DNA of 64,000 nucleotides from an uncultured virus (IMG/VR IMGVR_UViG_3300046792_000272) (lineage: Duplodnaviria > Heunggongvirae > Uroviricota > Caudoviricetes), in IMG/VR virus record IMGVR_UViG_3300046792_000272, one strand, 5' to 3'. A model generated the notes under the pieces. That model made no database searches. It was not told where the DNA came from and saw only the letters and a list, made by a program, of their open reading frames with translations. Below are positions 45,248-55,908 of the stretch, piece by piece. How positions within the stretch are numbered: position 1 is the stretch's first letter; every line of letters begins with the position of its first letter. Position numbers and translations under genes: made by a program.

Positions 45248-48200
45248 TCAGTTGCGCGACTGCATGGCGATCTCGTGGCGGGCCACAATCGCCGTCAGGG
45301 TTTGCTCGGGGCCGTCGACGGTGATGTCGAGCGATTTCGATTCGTCGTCCCAGGTGGTCGCATAGATCAGCCGCGGTTCGTCGGCCGGGTGGTCGAGGAT
45401 TCCGAGGGTTTCCCCGCAGCGCGGTTTCCAGCCCTGGTGCCAGTGCCCGGCGTAATCCTGGATGTAGCCGCCCGAGATCCGATAGGTCCCGGGCCGCTTC
45501 GGACGGTTGTATTCCGCCAGGAAGGCGCGGCCGAACTGTATGGCTTCGGCTTCGGTGCAGGACCAGGGAACCGTGGTATCGGTCCACAGCGCCTCGCCCT
45601 GCTGGTTGGCCGGGTTCGATTCGGATTCGTCCCGAAGTTCAGAGTGTTCGGACGGGTAGAGGATGCGGGACTTGCCGCTGAGCAGGTCGGTGTAGGAGAC
45701 CGTGACCCCGTTGGCGAAGTTTTCGATTGAGTCGCCCTCGAAGCGGACTTCGACACCCGGATCGTCGGTGCGGATCTGCCAGTCATAGGTGGTCAGGTCA
45801 TTCTGTTCGAACTTGAAGGTGCGGTTCTCCCAGACGCCCATTTCCCAGAGCGCCAGTTCTCGGAGCTGCTGCAGGATGTCGTAGCCGAAGGAGGGGTTGT
45901 CGTGCCAGGTGGCCTGCGTGACCGGGAAGGTGTTCGGCTGCCCCCCCCACTTGAGCTTCGGGTAATAGGTGGCGAGGATGTATTCGATAATCTCGGAGAG
46001 GTAGTAGCCCTCTTCCGGTTCGCTGCCGCGGGCGGTCAGGCCGTGCCTACCAATGACGCGAGGGTTCAGCCATCCATGAACCGCTCGAATATCTCCGGTG
46101 GCGACCCCGAGGTATTGGGACTGAACCAACGCGAACTTCCGGCCCGATGTCGTCGCACTCACCGCTTGGTTGCTTGCGGCGGTCTGATCGTGGTCGGTGC
46201 CGGGATCGCTGGAGGTGCTCAGGTCGTTCGAGGACAGGCGGGCGCGGTCTTCCCAGGTCGCATCGACTCCTTCGCCGCCCAGTGGTGAGAAGTCGTAGCG
46301 AAGCGCACCGATGTCCTCCCCGCCCGCGTAGAACCAGGCCTCACCGTTCTCCTTATAGGTGCCATCGAAACGGGCGAAGGTGAACACGATGCCCGGCGCT
46401 TTGGGGCCTTCGGACCGCCATCCCGCGCTCATCTGCCCCTCCGGGCGCGCTCCGCCGGTCAGAAGTTCACCCTGGCGCTGGGTCGATGGCCCTTCCCAGC
46501 CCGCGAGCCGGCGATCGATTATCAATGGGGCGATCTTGCGCGACTTTAGGTAGGTGGCCCAGCCGACCAGCGCGACGGCGATCTGCTGCTGCGGGCTGTT
46601 GGTGCGCGGATTGGAGTGGTGGCGGCCCTCGTAGGCGATCTCGCCATTGCGCCCGACGAAGCGGTGGGTATCGAGGAGGTTGAGGTCCGGGTAGTCCTTG
46701 AATATCGGCCGGTTGAGTGCGTAGCCCCCGGTGCCGAAGCCGTCACCCCTCTGGGTGCCGAAGCTGAGCCCCAGGGGCCGTGTCGCAGCCTTGCTCGAAT
46801 TGCTGGCGCGGCGGAAGTCTCCATTCGGGGTTTCGACCTCGACGTCCAGCTCAAGGGCCGGTTTGCGGACGGGGGTGGGCTTCGGTTCTTCGCCGTAGGG
46901 GTAGACCTTGAGGCCATCGGCGAGAGCCCTCGCGGGCGGGTCGACGTAGAAGGAGGACGCGAACCCTTCCTTGGCGGCTTTCTGGGCCGCTTCGGAGCTC
47001 TCGATCGGCCAGTCCAGTCGGCCTTCTCCCTGCGGGATGTTCCAGTTGAACCAGACCACCGCCTTGACGGCGGGCATGTTGGTCTGCAGGCTGGTCCCTA
47101 GGAGGTCGGTGATCCAGGTGGACTTCGTGCCGCCGATCTCCGACGCTGCCGTCTCGCAGATGATGAGCGGCTTCGACGGGGCGATTTCCTGAGCGCGTTC
47201 GTAGCTCGGCTTGAACAGCGGCGTCGCAGCTCGCCAGCCGAATTTCTTCAACGGGTTTTCGCCCGAATAGCCATCCAGCCCTACCCAGTCGACATAGGCA
47301 TCGCCCGGGTAGTAGCGCTCGAAGTCGGTTACCCCCCCGAGCACGTTGGGGCACCAGACCCAGGTGACGTTCTGGGCGGTGGGCGCGACCTTGGAATGCA
47401 GGTAGCGCCAGGCTTCGACGTAGTTCGACTGGCCGGCCCATGGCCAGGAGGCGGTGTTCATCTCCCACCACGGCCGCAAGAAGATTGGGTGCTTGGAGGC
47501 CGAGGCGGCGGCGGCCCATGCTGCGATTTCGACGTCGTATTGGCCTTCCAGCGTTTTCGTCAGGACGCCTTCCGGTCCCCCGATCGACTTCAGCGGAATG
47601 CAGCCCCGAGCATGAACCGCATCGGTGGCGCCGACCCCGAAGCCATCCCAGGTCAGCCAGGGGTCCGAGTAGGAGACGATCCCAGCGGCGCGCCCGGCGT
47701 GTTCCTCGAATTTGTTCTGAGTGGCGGCGAGGTAGGGCGCGTCCGCTTGCCCGATCGAGTAGACGTCGCCGTCCATGATCGCCCCCCAGTAAGCGCGGGT
47801 CGGGGACCAGGTGGGCGGCACTGGATCGTTGACTCCGACCCAGAGGTTCGAGGTGGTGCCGGTGCTGTCGTTGATCGCGAAGTCGTCCAGGTAGACGATG
47901 TTGGCCTGCGAGTTGATATTCCCGAGCTGGACCGCTTTGACGCCGAGGTTGCGGAAGTTCATCGACTGTTCGGTGGCGACCGTTTCCCCGTCGATTTTGG
48001 CCACGAAGGTGCCGTTCCCCGCCCCCGGGATCAGGAGCATGACCTCGATCACATACCAGCGTTCGGCTTCGAGGTTCTTGGTGCCGGTCGGATGGGTGGA
48101 GGTAACCGCGTTCCAGAATTCCAGTTTCCCCGCAGAGGTCGAGGCGATTTCCAGCACGGTGCCGGTGTTGTCCTTCAACTGGCAGAGGGACTGTGTGGCG

Positions 48201-48409
48201 CCGGGAAAGGCGGAGAGGCGGAGGGCGAAGCGGTAGAAGTAGGTCGTCCCGAGCGCCGGGGTGATTGCATAGGTGACGGTATTGGCGCCGCTGGCGGCGC
48301 ATTTCGCGCAGGCCCCGCTGCGGGCGTGGGCTACATCTTCGGTGACCGAGCCCGCGATCGTGGCACCCGAGATGGGCCACACGTTGAACTTCTCCGTGGC
48401 GATACGCAA
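45248..48409 (-). CDS. Tail tip protein: ConA-like domain + GH26 + Tal-like minor tail domain
   Basis: TTG after GGAGGAG; RPWWEMN, YPGDAYVDWVGLDGY, IICETA. Confidence 0.8.
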   Translation of the reverse strand: MRIATEKFNVWPISGATIAGSVTEDVAHARSGACAKCAASGANTVTYAITPALGTTYFYRFALRLSAFPGATQSLCQLKDNTGTVLEIASTSAGKLEFWNAVTSTHPTGTKNLEAERWYVIEVMLLIPGAGNGTFVAKIDGETVATEQSMNFRNLGVKAVQLGNINSQANIVYLDDFAINDSTGTTSNLWVGVNDPVPPTWSPTRAYWGAIMDGDVYSIGQADAPYLAATQNKFEEHAGRAAGIVSYSDPWLTWDGFGVGATDAVHARGCIPLKSIGGPEGVLTKTLEGQYDVEIAAWAAAASASKHPIFLRPWWEMNTASWPWAGQSNYVEAWRYLHSKVAPTAQNVTWVWCPNVLGGVTDFERYYPGDAYVDWVGLDGYSGENPLKKFGWRAATPLFKPSYERAQEIAPSKPLIICETAASEIGGTKSTWITDLLGTSLQTNMPAVKAVVWFNWNIPQGEGRLDWPIESSEAAQKAAKEGFASSFYVDPPARALADGLKVYPYGEEPKPTPVRKPALELDVEVETPNGDFRRASNSSKAATRPLGLSFGTQRGDGFGTGGYALNRPIFKDYPDLNLLDTHRFVGRNGEIAYEGRHHSNPRTNSPQQQIAVALVGWATYLKSRKIAPLIIDRRLAGWEGPSTQRQGELLTGGARPEGQMSAGWRSEGPKAPGIVFTFARFDGTYKENGEAWFYAGGEDIGALRYDFSPLGGEGVDATWEDRARLSSNDLSTSSDPGTDHDQTAASNQAVSATTSGRKFALVQSQYLGVATGDIRAVHGWLNPRVIGRHGLTARGSEPEEGYYLSEIIEYILATYYPKLKWGGQPNTFPVTQATWHDNPSFGYDILQQLRELALWEMGVWENRTFKFEQNDLTTYDWQIRTDDPGVEVRFEGDSIENFANGVTVSYTDLLSGKSRILYPSEHSELRDESESNPANQQGEALWTDTTVPWSCTEAEAIQFGRAFLAEYNRPKRPGTYRISGGYIQDYAGHWHQGWKPRCGETLGILDHPADEPRLIYATTWDDESKSLDITVDGPEQTLTAIVARHEIAMQSRN

Positions 48410-48541
48410 GGGGTGCTCCTCCAGACTTGGGTAGGACTTGGGCCGCGGGGGGCGGGAACGCGCTAGGGTGGCCTTGACCACGTAAAACGCCCCGGCTACG
48501 CGCTACACGTCCCGGGGCCGGCCATCAGAATTGAGGTTCCG

Positions 48542-48784
48542 ATGACAGACACACCTTATCCGAGCGGGCAGTTGGACCTAACAGAGAAGATCCAGCGCCA
48601 CACGCGGCAAGGATGGCGCGTCGAGTCCCAGACCGATACTCAAGCAGTGATCGTCAAGGGTCACCGGCCTAATCACCTATTACACCTGATCCTCACGGTC
48701 CTCACCGCCGGGCTGTGGGGAATCGTTTGGGTCATCGTGGCGATTACGGGGGGCGAGAAGCGAATGATGTTGAGGGCAAAATGA
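48542..48784 (+). CDS. Small membrane protein (moron)
   Basis: GWRVES....QA, NHLLHLILTVLTAGLW.IVW. Confidence 0.7.
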   Translation: MTDTPYPSGQLDLTEKIQRHTRQGWRVESQTDTQAVIVKGHRPNHLLHLILTVLTAGLWGIVWVIVAITGGEKRMMLRAK

Positions 48785-49000
48785 GGCGGGTGCTTTTGAT
48801 CGGAGTCATGGCGGCGCTCTTGACCCTCCCCGCAAACTCTCCGGCGGCGTCCGGTGTGGCTTCGGCAATTCGAACCACGGTCAACCGTTGAAGAGGCCAG
48901 GCAGCGGATAGAAGACGGCCGGGTGCTCGAAGGTGAACCCGATCCCAATCGAACTGCCCCTCACGGTTGACGTGTATGCACGCCGAGTAGAATGGAGCTT

Positions 49001-51598
49001 CTAGCGCGGCGCTAGGAACCGTTCGCGCGCCAGCACTTCGATTTGATGTTTGTCGGTCACGTTGGCATCGGCCTCGACCTCGACGTCGTTCCTGCGGGCC
49101 ACAACGACGAGGCGGTTGATCCGCCCCCCCGGTCCCGAGAGCAGGTTCGAGGCGCTTTCGTTGGAAGCGCCCGTCCATGTGGCGATGCCCGCTTCGAGCT
49201 GCGCGGCGGTCGGGAAGTAGGGGTTGAGTGCTTCGCTTTTCTCCCAGAGAACCGCGTCGACCCAGAAGGTGACGGCGGCGGTGCCATTTGTGCGAACGGC
49301 GACTCCGGTATTACCGGACGCCGCCGCGGTGAGGCTGACGTCGATGCGCTGAAACCCAGTGGTCGCCACGAAGCTTTTGGTTGCCGAGCCGACCGCAGCG
49401 TCACCGACCACCAGTTGGAGCGACTCACCCCCCGCGTTCCCTTTCACATACGCGGAGATGCGATAGGTGATGCCCGACACAACCGGGAGCACCTGTTCAA
49501 GGTCGAGCCCCTCTGAGCTTTTGACGCCCGGTGTGACCAGTTTGGCCGCGGCCACGCCGTCCTGATGCTGGCCGGTGTCGCGGGTGAGGGTGGCGCCGGT
49601 ATTCGTTCGGAAGCCGCCGGCCCCGCCTACCCATTTGGCCGTGTTGACCTCGAAGTTCGGATTCGGTACCAGGTTCGTCTCTAGGATCGAGACCCCCATC
49701 GGGTCTAGGTAGAGCTGCGCGCCCCTCTGTGGGATCTCGCCGTAATAGGTGCCCGATTCGTCCTGGCGCTGGTAACCGTCGCTGCGGATCTCGCCGGTTT
49801 TGCCCGAGTAGAGGACCACGTTGGCGGGTTCGCCCGCGAGGAGGCTGAAGTTGTCGAAGACGCGGGGTATGCCCGCTTCCGCGCCGGTGTAAGCGTCGTA
49901 GAAGCCGCCCTTGCCTTTCGCCAGGGTCCCGCCCGTCGCCAGGACAGAGCTCTGACCTTCGGTCAGCGGCGCCGGCTCAGCGCTCCCGCCCGCGAGGTAG
50001 CACCATGCTCGGAATATTCCTGCCGCATCGGCCTGAAGGGACACGATCATATGTGCGCTTGGCTGGGAAAATTCGGTGGGCAACTGTTTGAGAATGGTCG
50101 TCGGTACGGTCGCCACCGTTCTGGTCAGGGCGAGGTAGTAATACGGCACCCCGCTGAAGCTGGTGATATAGGCCATCAGCCAGTTCGATGTGTCGACGTA
50201 GCGCAGGAAGACCCCGCGGCGAAAGACACTCAACCCCTGCCACACCTTGCTCGACCACAGTTCCACCGACACCTTGGAGGTGGTAGGTTCTTCCGTTCCC
50301 GCGAGCGCGAAAGACCCGGTCGTCAGAAGGCCGTCTTCTTTCGCGGTCCGTTCGGCCCAATGGTTCGCTGCGATGACTTTGAATCCCGCCGCTCCGGTTT
50401 TGCTCGCCTCCGCCCAGTTGCCGCCGAGAGGCATCGCGACCGGTGCGTCGAGGTTTGCTTCGGCCTGGAGGAACGTGTCGTAGGCGAGCAGCTTGGTCGG
50501 GCTGTTGTTCGCTTGCCCTCGCGCTCGAGCGCTGCCCTTGGTCGACGGGATCAATTCGAGGTAGTTGAGGTCGACTTCGATCGGTTCCCCGTTTGCCGAC
50601 TTCACTTCGACGCGGAGTTCGGCTTTCTGTTCGCCCAGGAGCGCCTTGTCGAGGGTGATCTCGCCCAGGAAGATGCGGGCGAATTCGAGGACAGAAGGCT
50701 GGACGAAACCCGGGTTAGCGATCGGGATCAGCGGTCCTTCGCCGTTGCGGTAGGCCATGCGGAAGCGGGCCTGTTCGGAGCCGGTGAACACGCGGGCGTA
50801 GACCCTGTAGGAGCCAACGTTTTTAATCAGGCCGGTCCCGCACATCGTCGTGGCCTGGGAAACGGCGGTGGCGCGTTTCACTTTTTCTTCGGAGAAGGCC
50901 CCCGAGCGGGTGGTCGAGGAGCCCGAGAAGTTCGTGACGACGAGGTTTGCGGCGGTGAGCAGGACTGCGGGGTTCCCCGCTTCGCTCGCCACCAGCTCGC
51001 GCCCGAACTCCGCGTAGCGCCGGCTCTGGCTGGCTTTGTCGGTGACCTTGAGCCGCGCCTCCGCCGGGACATCGCCCCCGCACGCGGCATAGAGCACCTG
51101 TAGCGGTTCGGCCGCCGATTCGGTCGCCGCCTTGACCACCTTTTCTTCGGTGTAGAGGAAGGGGCGACAGGTCAGTTTGACCTTGATGACCGGGGACTTG
51201 ATGAACCACCCCGCAAGTTCTCCGGTGGGGGTCACCGGCAGTTCCGACATTTCCGCCAGCGTCGTGTAGGCGGTGTAGGTGCGCGGCGAGTTGGCCGGGG
51301 TCCAGGGGGTTTCCACGCCGCCTTCGGCCCGTTCGGCGGCCTGGAGAGCGTCCTGTAGCTGCCCGAGCAGGATGAAGGCCGCGTCGGTGCTCGCCGCGGG
51401 CCCTACCCGTATTTGCAGGTCGAAGGTTGCGTTCGAGTAGTGGGATTCCTGCACCAGCGCATCCCCGTCCGCGCTGGCGTTCGAGGCCCATAGCGGCTTC
51501 TTGGCCGCGGGTGTGAAGACCAGGCTTTCAAGGGTGAAGTTCACCCCATCGTTCAGCGCCAGGCCCGCGAGGGAAAATTGCTCGAGCGAGGAGGTCAT
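49001..51598 (-). CDS. Distal tail-like protein with inserted lectin and CBM-like domains
   Basis: Follows the TMP; NLVPNPNFE...YRISAYVKG...FWVDAV CBM4/9-like block. Confidence 0.75.
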   Translation of the reverse strand: MTSSLEQFSLAGLALNDGVNFTLESLVFTPAAKKPLWASNASADGDALVQESHYSNATFDLQIRVGPAASTDAAFILLGQLQDALQAAERAEGGVETPWTPANSPRTYTAYTTLAEMSELPVTPTGELAGWFIKSPVIKVKLTCRPFLYTEEKVVKAATESAAEPLQVLYAACGGDVPAEARLKVTDKASQSRRYAEFGRELVASEAGNPAVLLTAANLVVTNFSGSSTTRSGAFSEEKVKRATAVSQATTMCGTGLIKNVGSYRVYARVFTGSEQARFRMAYRNGEGPLIPIANPGFVQPSVLEFARIFLGEITLDKALLGEQKAELRVEVKSANGEPIEVDLNYLELIPSTKGSARARGQANNSPTKLLAYDTFLQAEANLDAPVAMPLGGNWAEASKTGAAGFKVIAANHWAERTAKEDGLLTTGSFALAGTEEPTTSKVSVELWSSKVWQGLSVFRRGVFLRYVDTSNWLMAYITSFSGVPYYYLALTRTVATVPTTILKQLPTEFSQPSAHMIVSLQADAAGIFRAWCYLAGGSAEPAPLTEGQSSVLATGGTLAKGKGGFYDAYTGAEAGIPRVFDNFSLLAGEPANVVLYSGKTGEIRSDGYQRQDESGTYYGEIPQRGAQLYLDPMGVSILETNLVPNPNFEVNTAKWVGGAGGFRTNTGATLTRDTGQHQDGVAAAKLVTPGVKSSEGLDLEQVLPVVSGITYRISAYVKGNAGGESLQLVVGDAAVGSATKSFVATTGFQRIDVSLTAAASGNTGVAVRTNGTAAVTFWVDAVLWEKSEALNPYFPTAAQLEAGIATWTGASNESASNLLSGPGGRINRLVVVARRNDVEVEADANVTDKHQIEVLARERFLAPR

Positions 51599-54500
51599 CT
51601 AGAAGCTCCCCACCCCGCCGGCGCCGGCCGTCTGGGCGCTGGCGAGGGTTCGCGCTCCGAGGTTCCCAGAGAGCATGTCGGCAAGCGCCCGCCACGCAAC
51701 CGCCGAGCTGGTAGACATCGCCTGCTCGCTCAGTTCGCGGGTCTGTTTCATTTCGTTAGCCAGGTCTTGCTCGGCCTGCGTGTGTTCCTGCAGGGCGGCG
51801 GTGAGGGCTTCGGTGGCTTCGATCTGTTTCTGGGCGGTTTCTTCGCCTTCGCCCGACAGCCCCGCGATGCTGCCTTCGACTCCGAGCAGTTCGCCCTGCA
51901 CTTCTTCCCGTTTGGCGAGGACTTTGGCCCGGGCTTTGGCGGTCATGCCGCCTTTTTTCAGTTTCGCGTTGAGGCGGGTGAGCTGTTTCTGGAGGCGACC
52001 TTTCTGGCCTTCCAGCAGTTCACCCTCGAAAGCCCGGGCGGCTGCGTCGTCGGCCGTGCCTTCGGTCCCCTGGGCGATGGTCGCGGCCTGTTCGGCGATT
52101 GCGAGCTGCCCGGCATAGCCGATGCCCGGGGCTTTGAGCATGGCCTGGAGGGCCGGAGGGAGCGCGCCGGCCGCGGCGGAGAGGGCTGAGGGGCTGAGGC
52201 CGCCGACCGTGAGGGCGGTGTGACGGGAGACACCCCCGGCGTTCTGGGCTTTGCCAATGCCGATGTGCGGGGTGAATTTCTTAGCGCCCGAGCCGCTGCC
52301 GCCCGCCCCCCCGCCTCCGGTGCTTCCCAGGGGAGAAATGCTGCCCTTCGAATAGCCGCTATAGGCCCCGCTCGTGTAGGTGTGCCAAGCATTGATGCCC
52401 TGCCCATCGAGGATCTTCTTCATCCCGATCGCGTTGGCCAAGGGGTCAAAGAGGCCGCCATAGTTGATCCCGAACGCAGCGGCCGTGGAGGGGATGATCT
52501 GCCAGAGGCCCTTGTCGCCTTCACCGCCCATTGAGTGAGGGTTCCCCCCGGACTCAGCCTGGGCGATCTGCGACATCAGGCCTGGGTTCTTTGCGCCGAC
52601 ATAGTGGGCAAGTGAGGCGAGCTGGTCGGCGTTCAGCGAGCCCGAGCCATGCACCCAGGAGGGGAGGCGTCCGCCCTTGGCGAAGCGACCCAGGAGGCCG
52701 CCCTTGTAGTGCCCGGTGCCCGAGGCGTGGCCGTCGTCGTGGAAGCCGATCGGGGCGAGCAGCGGGTACTTGAAACCCGCCGTGGCGTGGACCACGCCCA
52801 TCTTCATCGCGAGGGCGGCGGGGTCCGTGAAGCCGCCGAAGTCAACGGCGCCGTGCGGGTACTGCGTCCCTGAGTGTTCGGAGTGGCCGGAGGCCGTGTG
52901 CGGGTCATAGCCCGGGCGATAGCCTGAGGTCGGGCGAACCGGGACGCCCTTGCCCTGGGCGAAGCGGAGCGATTCGATCACCCAGTCGGCCATCGGCAGT
53001 CCCATGAAGGAGCCGACGCCGTTGGGGCCCTTCGAGCCGCCCCCGCCCCCTACGACGCTTTCGAACTGGCTCTTGATCCAGTTCGTGACTTTCGAGATCA
53101 GCCAGGGACCGAGGCCGGTGAAGGGCTGGGGAAGGTGCGGCGTAGGGAGGTTCCCGATCACCGACGAGGCCGTGGCGGCGCTCGGCGTGCCCCCTGTCAT
53201 CGGGAGGCTCGAGATCGCCGTGCCGACCGCGCTGCCGATGCCGCTGGCGATGCTCCCGCCGCTGAGGAAGCCCGGGACACCGAGATCGTGGCCCGCCTGC
53301 GCCCAGTAGCTGAGATTGTTGCGGCGGTAGGCAGGGTTCGTGGCGATTACCCACTCGGGGTGCTGGGGGGCCTCCTCGCCGACGATTGCTGTCGGGCGGG
53401 TGATTGCGCCGCCGCTGTAATGGTGCCCCGCTTCTTCGTGGGCTTTGCGAGTCGGGTATTGATGCTTGACCGGCGAACCGCCCCCGCCACTGCCCCCGAT
53501 GGTCCCGATGCTGATCCCCGGGATCACGTTGATCGCTTCGATGATCGTGTTGAGGACATCGACCACGGCTTCCTTGCCGGTCTTGAAGATGCCCGTCACC
53601 GTGTCCCACGCGGCCGAGAAGCCCTTGCCCATCGCACCGCCGACCGCCCCGACAATCGCCCGGATCGGGGCCGAGATGGCCCGCAGGATGCCCATAGTCG
53701 CCTTGACACCCCCGGAGAAGATGTCCTTGACGCCCTGCCATGCCTTGCCGAATTCGCCGTGGAGGAGGCCGGAGATCACCTCGACGACCCCTTTGACGAC
53801 CTGGGCAAAGCCCTTGAAGAACTGCGCGGCGCCCTTGAGCGCGTCCCCGATCACCGGCCCGATGACGCCCGCCATCTGCTTGACGATGTCCCCGATTTCG
53901 CGGAAGGTCGGCCCCGCCTCGCGGAGTAGCTTCCTGAAGTTCACTTTCGCCAGGGCGCCGGCGAGCTTGTTGATCGAGTCGTAGACGAATTCCGCGGCCG
54001 GGGCGACCAGCACTTTCAGCTTGTTCCCCAGTTCGGCGAAGTGGTCGCTGGTGGTTTTCGTCGCTTCGCCCGTTTTGTCGATTGCCCCTTTACTGTTTTC
54101 GATCGCCTTCTGGAATTCGCCGACGTGGAAGCGGCCCTGTTTGATGGCCTGGATCAGGGCGCCGCCGCCTTTCGAGCCGAAGACTTCGAAGGCACGGTTG
54201 GCCGAGACCGCGCCGCTTTCCATCCCTTTGAAGATTTCGAGGACTTTCTTCCCGGTGTCCTTGGGGGCTATTTTCTCGGGGACTTGGGTGGTGCCGTGGA
54301 CGAGGTTTTTGAAGGCGAGGTTGAGCGCCATCCCCATTTTCGAACTACTCACCCCGGCTTTTTCGAAGGAGGCGAACAGGGCTATGGATTTGCCCAGCGG
54401 GATGTGGAGGTTGCGGAGCTGCGGCCCGAATTTGTTGACCTGTTCGGCGAGTTCTTCGACCGAGCCCCCGGATTTCTGGGAGGCGCGGAAGAACTCGTCG

Positions 54501-54967
54501 AGCACCGGCCCCTGTTTCTTGGTCGAGACTTCCCAGTCTTCGAAGGCACGGGCGACGCCTTTGATGTTGCCCTGGAGATCGCTGCCCGTCATCCGCGAGA
54601 GTTCGAGGAACTGGTGCGAGCTCTCGCGGAGTGGCTTGCCGGTCAGGCCGAGGCGTTTGTTCAGTTCGGTGACGGCAGTGGCGGCTTCTTCGAAGCTCGC
54701 CGGCACGTGGGAGACGACCGACTTGAAGTCATCCTCGAGCTTCTTCAGGTGTTTGCCTGTCGCCCCAGTCCCGGCTCGGATGATGTTGTTGGCATGCTCG
54801 AATTCGCCGCCGATGTCGTAGAGGGCCTTGCCCGCGGCTCCGGCAGCCACGGTAACCGCAGCCACGGCGCCGACGACGCCGGGCGCGCCTTTCGCCGCGG
54901 AGAGGAACGACGCTTTCAGCGCCGTCGCATCTCCTGTCAGAAGGACATTGAGCGTACGGGTGGCCAT
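51599..54967 (-). CDS. Tape measure protein with peptidase-like and SLT transglycosylase domains
   Basis: TGATG..L..L, AWQGVKDIF repeats, VGEE.PE, SGYRPG...H...AVD, AESGGNP....GLWQI. Confidence 0.92.
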   Translation of the reverse strand: MATRTLNVLLTGDATALKASFLSAAKGAPGVVGAVAAVTVAAGAAGKALYDIGGEFEHANNIIRAGTGATGKHLKKLEDDFKSVVSHVPASFEEAATAVTELNKRLGLTGKPLRESSHQFLELSRMTGSDLQGNIKGVARAFEDWEVSTKKQGPVLDEFFRASQKSGGSVEELAEQVNKFGPQLRNLHIPLGKSIALFASFEKAGVSSSKMGMALNLAFKNLVHGTTQVPEKIAPKDTGKKVLEIFKGMESGAVSANRAFEVFGSKGGGALIQAIKQGRFHVGEFQKAIENSKGAIDKTGEATKTTSDHFAELGNKLKVLVAPAAEFVYDSINKLAGALAKVNFRKLLREAGPTFREIGDIVKQMAGVIGPVIGDALKGAAQFFKGFAQVVKGVVEVISGLLHGEFGKAWQGVKDIFSGGVKATMGILRAISAPIRAIVGAVGGAMGKGFSAAWDTVTGIFKTGKEAVVDVLNTIIEAINVIPGISIGTIGGSGGGGSPVKHQYPTRKAHEEAGHHYSGGAITRPTAIVGEEAPQHPEWVIATNPAYRRNNLSYWAQAGHDLGVPGFLSGGSIASGIGSAVGTAISSLPMTGGTPSAATASSVIGNLPTPHLPQPFTGLGPWLISKVTNWIKSQFESVVGGGGGSKGPNGVGSFMGLPMADWVIESLRFAQGKGVPVRPTSGYRPGYDPHTASGHSEHSGTQYPHGAVDFGGFTDPAALAMKMGVVHATAGFKYPLLAPIGFHDDGHASGTGHYKGGLLGRFAKGGRLPSWVHGSGSLNADQLASLAHYVGAKNPGLMSQIAQAESGGNPHSMGGEGDKGLWQIIPSTAAAFGINYGGLFDPLANAIGMKKILDGQGINAWHTYTSGAYSGYSKGSISPLGSTGGGGAGGSGSGAKKFTPHIGIGKAQNAGGVSRHTALTVGGLSPSALSAAAGALPPALQAMLKAPGIGYAGQLAIAEQAATIAQGTEGTADDAAARAFEGELLEGQKGRLQKQLTRLNAKLKKGGMTAKARAKVLAKREEVQGELLGVEGSIAGLSGEGEETAQKQIEATEALTAALQEHTQAEQDLANEMKQTRELSEQAMSTSSAVAWRALADMLSGNLGARTLASAQTAGAGGVGSF

Positions 54968-54989
54968 CGGCTATAAAAAGAGGTCGGAC

Positions 54990-55405
54990 TTAGCCGGCCT
55001 CCATTGCTCTCCTTTTCAGCTCGTCATTCATCGCTTTCAGTGCTCGTGGCGTGATCGAGTCCATGTCCCACTCCTGCACCCCGAAGGCGCTGGCTAGTCC
55101 TGGGTGCCAGAGTCGGCGGGGGTCTTGGTAGGGCGTTTGGGTTTCGGCGCGTCCTTGAGCGCCCCGAGCTCGATGTCGCGGAGGTCATCCATTGCCACCG
55201 GGATCGGCAGCTTCGCCTTGCGCGCCTTGGCGAGGGCCGCGATTACCAGCACCCCCTTGCCGGACCCCCAGGGGATCGCTTCGAGAGGCCCGTTGAAGTA
55301 CGTCTCCACGAACTCGATCTCGCCGAAGGTGAGGGTGGCGATGTCGATTTCCAGGGTCTCGCCGTCAAGCTCGAATCTGCTAACGGTGTCGGCCTTTTTG
55401 GCCAT
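54990..55405 (-). CDS. Tail assembly chaperone (55094..55405) with probable -1 frameshifted extension to 54990
   Basis: -1 frame from CGC CCT AC reads ...LWHPGLASAFGVQEWDMDSITP...; ends 22 nt before the TMP ATG. Confidence 0.7.
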
Positions 55406-55497
55406 CTGTGTCTCCTTCGTCGACGGGTTCACGACAGGTCGCACCCCCCAGCCGCGCCCGTCGTGAAATCACGGCCAGGGGGTACGTTTTGAGACAG

Positions 55498-55908
55498 CTA
55501 TCCGAAGAAGCCGTGGCGGTGAGCGATCTCGTCGAACTTGTCGGCGATCCGTTCATCGAAGTCATCGCCCTCCGCAAGCACGACCCCTGTGACGAAGTTG
55601 GTTTTCGGGATCGTGATCGGCACCCCCCTCGGCCTGATCGTGCCTCCGTACTCCCAAACAGGAGCCTGGGGCAACGTGGAGTAGAGGCTGACCTGTGACT
55701 TTCCGCGCACCGATGTCCTGATCGACTTCCGAAGACGGCCGGTGAGAAACGGCGATGCGGCGGAGCCACGGATCTTGTCGCGGACCTCGTTGCCGAGATC
55801 GCGCAGGGCTTTGTTCAGCTCCTTTTCGGTGTCCTTCTCAATCGCCCGGAGGGCGAGGGTGAGTCGCTCGAACGCCAGTTTGGCGGGAAGCGGCGGGGTT
55901 ACTGCCAC
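55498..55908 (-). CDS. HK97 gp10-like tail component
   Basis: P..TGRLRKSI and EYGG motifs. Confidence 0.75.
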   Translation of the reverse strand: MAVTPPLPAKLAFERLTLALRAIEKDTEKELNKALRDLGNEVRDKIRGSAASPFLTGRLRKSIRTSVRGKSQVSLYSTLPQAPVWEYGGTIRPRGVPITIPKTNFVTGVVLAEGDDFDERIADKFDEIAHRHGFFG

